Assembly: GCA_965113315.1 (NCBI GenBank)
Contig: OZ220372.1
Length of the DNA stretch: 64,000 nt
Origin: Podarcis vaucheri
Lineage: Eukaryota
Reading direction: 5' to 3' (one strand)
This document shows, piece after piece, positions 62,324-64,000 of the stretch. The translations under genes and the position numbers were made by a program. The notes beneath the pieces were generated by a model that was not told where the DNA came from, ran no database searches, and saw only the letters and a program-made list of their open reading frames with translations. How positions within the stretch are numbered: the first letter of the stretch is position 1; every line of letters begins with the position of its first letter.

Positions 62324-62823
62324 TTTGATGTGACTAAGAATAGTTTGCACATGCAGATTCATTCACGGAATTCTCAAGTCACCTGACCAGTCCCCATTCC
62401 AGGGATAACTTCGTTTTGTGTTTTTTTAAAGTTGATTCCAAATTTTGCATCTCTGATTGCAAGGCTCATTCAGATATGCAAGGCAGCACTATGCACGGGG
62501 AACTTGCATGTGCGAACCCCTCCTTTTTAAAGCCCTGGATGTGAGCAGGGACAATTTCTCGGCTTCCACTGCCTCGGCTCGCAATGCAACCCTTTTGGGA
62601 AGGCTGCAATTCGGGCTGCAGAAGCAACGGGGGGGGGGAGAGGGGCACGTTTTTGCAGGCTAGGCTACAGATCGACCTCAGAAAGCCTGTGGTGGGTGGA
62701 ACCCCCTCCTTCCACCTCTGTGTTCCACACCTTCCACCAGGACAGGAGCATGTGTGGGGCAGCAGATCCCGAAAGGAAATGCACCTAGATCACCGCATGC
62801 CACCACTGGGAGAAGAGAGAGAG

Positions 62824-63855
62824 CATAGCTGTCAACTGTCCCTTATTTGGCGGGAAACTCCCTTATCCCAGTGCCGTTTCCCGCTGCTGTCCCGGATTGA
62901 TGATGTCCGTTTCACGCTTGCCCGGCTTGGGAGGGAAGCAGCGGCTCGGGGTCCTCCGGCTCGAGAGAGAGTGCGCACGAGCTACCGCGTCTCTGTCTCT
63001 CCCTTTCCCCCCTCAGGGGTGTGTCATGTGGAGATGGGTGGTGCTGGGTGAGCAGGCAGCCCCTCTCTTGCGAGACTTCTGCCGCGCTGCCAGGGGAAGC
63101 TGGAGGCGGCAGCGGCTGAGTAGGCGGCCTGCGGGAGGAGGAAGAGGAGGGGATGGGGAGGGACGCAGAAGGGTGGCGCTTTAGTGGCCGCGGCAGCAAC
63201 CGCCTCATGCCAGGCTCGCGGGCAGCGTGGGCAAGAGTCTCTCTCCCTTCCTCTCCCTCAGGTGGGGAAGGGCCGATGGAACTCCTCGCGCCAGGACGAC
63301 GGCAGGCCCGACGTGCTGCTTAGCATACCCTCCAACCAGTGCAGCATCTTAATGTAGTGATTTCCCCCTCTGCATCCCTTTCATAACTCTATAAATCCTT
63401 TGTCCATCCATAGTTCAAATTCAAAGTCCTTCCAGTGAGCACACAGGGCTGATTTCCTTAAGAATGGATAGGTTTGATCTTCTTGCAGTTCATGGGACTC
63501 TCAATAGTCTCCTCCAGCATTCAAAAGCATCAATTCTTCGGCGATCAGCCTTCTTTATGGTCCAGCTCTCACTTCTATACATCACTACTGGGAAAACCAT
63601 AGCTTTAACTATACTGACCTTTGTTGGCAAGCTGATGTCTCTGCTTTTTAAGGTGGATCACGTTTGGGCAAAACTCTCCACTATGACCTGTCCATCTTGG
63701 GTGGCCCTGCACTGCATAGCTCATAGCTTCTCTGAGTTATTCAAGCCCCTTTGCCACGGCAAGGCGAAGCGGGATTGATGTATAAACTAAGCAAAATCCC
63801 TTATTTTGGCTGCTAATCCCTTATTTTCGAGGCTGCTGGTCCCTTATTGACAGCA

Positions 63856-63858
<3 letters not shown>
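62824..63858. mobile_element. Putative non-autonomous hAT-like element with GC-rich and BovB-derived interior
   Basis: Termini CATAGCTGTCAA / TTGACAGCAGTG (10/12 inverted match); TCCCTTAT repeats at 62839, 62859, 63797, 63817, 63840. Confidence 0.55.
63426..63765 (-). mobile_element. Internally deleted BovB (5' region fused to 3' region)
   Basis: 63765-63653 resembles the BovB 5' end (GCTATGAGCTATGC...AGGGCCACCCAAGATGGACAGGTCATAGTGGAGAG); 63652-63426 matches the 3' fragments elsewhere in the window. Confidence 0.8.

Positions 63859-63897
<39 letters not shown>
63857..63897. repeat. Compound (TG)n(AG)n microsatellite
   Basis: Direct observation. Confidence 0.95.
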
Positions 63898-63898
<1 letters not shown>

Positions 63899-64000
63899 GA
63901 CAGCAGATGCTTTCGACGCTACACCAACCCGGCAGCGGAAAGGATTTCCGCTGCTCGGCTTCGGAATCCCACTTTTTAACCGAGAGCGCTGTGGAGGACC

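Noticed and set aside
1-64000. Prokaryotic-type systems (CRISPR array, operons, defence islands)
   Set aside because: The sequence is intron-rich vertebrate DNA; no regularly spaced repeat-spacer array or operon-like gene density.
62584-64000. ABCD2 coding exon or other genes in the GC-rich ORFs
   Set aside because: No ABCD2-like peptide in any listed frame; ORFs are explained by high GC and BovB sequence. ABCD2 is expected from synteny only.

Overview
Vertebrate genomic DNA, almost certainly a squamate and probably a lacertid lizard (inferred from Sauria SINEs, BovB/RTE, squamate L2/CR1/L1 and hAT/Tc1-type MITEs). Two convergent host genes are present. The last four coding exons of SLC2A13 (HMIT, H+/myo-inositol cotransporter) lie on + (6240-23159), followed by a probably long 3' UTR. 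An apparently complete 11-exon model of the meiotic crossover gene REDIC1 (C12orf40) lies on - (ATG 55930, stop 41108, about 546 aa); most of its small exons are absent from the ORF track. The rest is intron or intergenic DNA dense in transposable elements, including two multi-layer nests resolved by their target-site duplications. I found no convincing novel protein-coding system and no prokaryotic features. The best leads are: a ~1 kb hAT-like element that appears to carry captured CpG-rich and BovB cargo; BovB copies sharing nonsense codons, suggesting a non-autonomous subfamily; a TTAGGG-bearing MITE; a pre-miRNA-sized hairpin in the putative SLC2A13 3' UTR; and an orphan CpG-rich, palindrome-rich block between the two gene ends. 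Family and gene assignments come from recalled sequences, not database searches.
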